A stretch of DNA of 64,000 bases, taken from sequence record MW879344.1; one strand, 5' to 3'. Shown piece after piece: positions 63,766-64,000 of the stretch. Every line of letters begins with the position of its first letter. The first letter of the stretch is position 1. A program made the translations under genes and the position numbers. The notes under the pieces were generated by a model that was not told the DNA's origin, ran no database searches, and saw nothing but the letters and a program-made list of their open reading frames with translations.

Positions 63766-64000
63766 CCCATAGAACTGCGTAGGAAGCTCTTAGAGAGCAT
63801 TAGTTTGATTCCTGTAGTATCGCAGTGCGATATCGAAAGGATTCAAACACGCCAAAATAGTGCTTTCTAAAAGTACTGGTTATTATTATAGTACTATATA
63901 TTTGTACAACATGTGGATGTTTACAGGTGTAAGTAGGTACAGTACTATAATACATTATCCAGTATATTCTAGTACTGTCAAGTACTACCCCCTGCCGCTA

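Noticed and set aside
1-64000. Stop-codon reassignment or suppressor tRNA
   Set aside because: Recognisable genes read through under code 11; no CTA/TTA/TCA anticodon in a valid cloverleaf

Overview
This is a 64 kb AT-rich segment of a large lytic phage genome, most likely a T4-related jumbo myovirus of Enterobacterales (RaK2/GAP32/CBB/BF-like). That placement is inferred from gene style, not from a database hit. Bases 1-27 kb are a dispersed tRNA/ncRNA region with 21 intact-looking tRNAs, one degenerate tRNA and many small ORFs. Recognisable ORFs there include HNH endonucleases, two cyclic-phosphate-processing receiver-like proteins, a 2OG-Fe(II) oxygenase-like protein, ClpP, Acb2, an ADP-ribosyltransferase-like protein and an orphan HicA. 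Bases 27-54 kb are + strand accessory genes (methyltransferase, sigma70-like factor, denV, HNH proteins, ATPase, DUF1190 lipoprotein, paralog arrays) with two large ORF-free structured regions of about 930 and 450 nt. Bases 54-64 kb are a minus-strand array of 10 ORFs plus one relic sharing an MLPFP-type N-terminus (RCC1-like, Gly-rich, LamG-like). The most striking signal is a short RNA module: an A-rich strand, a covarying GAATC/GATTC-type helix, and RCAGCA. It occurs 14 times between 1.6 and 14.5 kb. It interrupts the anticodon stem of three tRNA genes, clamps two circularly permuted tRNA genes (3' half - TTCG - 5' half) and three degenerate ones, and encloses isolated anticodon stem-loops. 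All structure calls were made by eye; no folding or searches were run.
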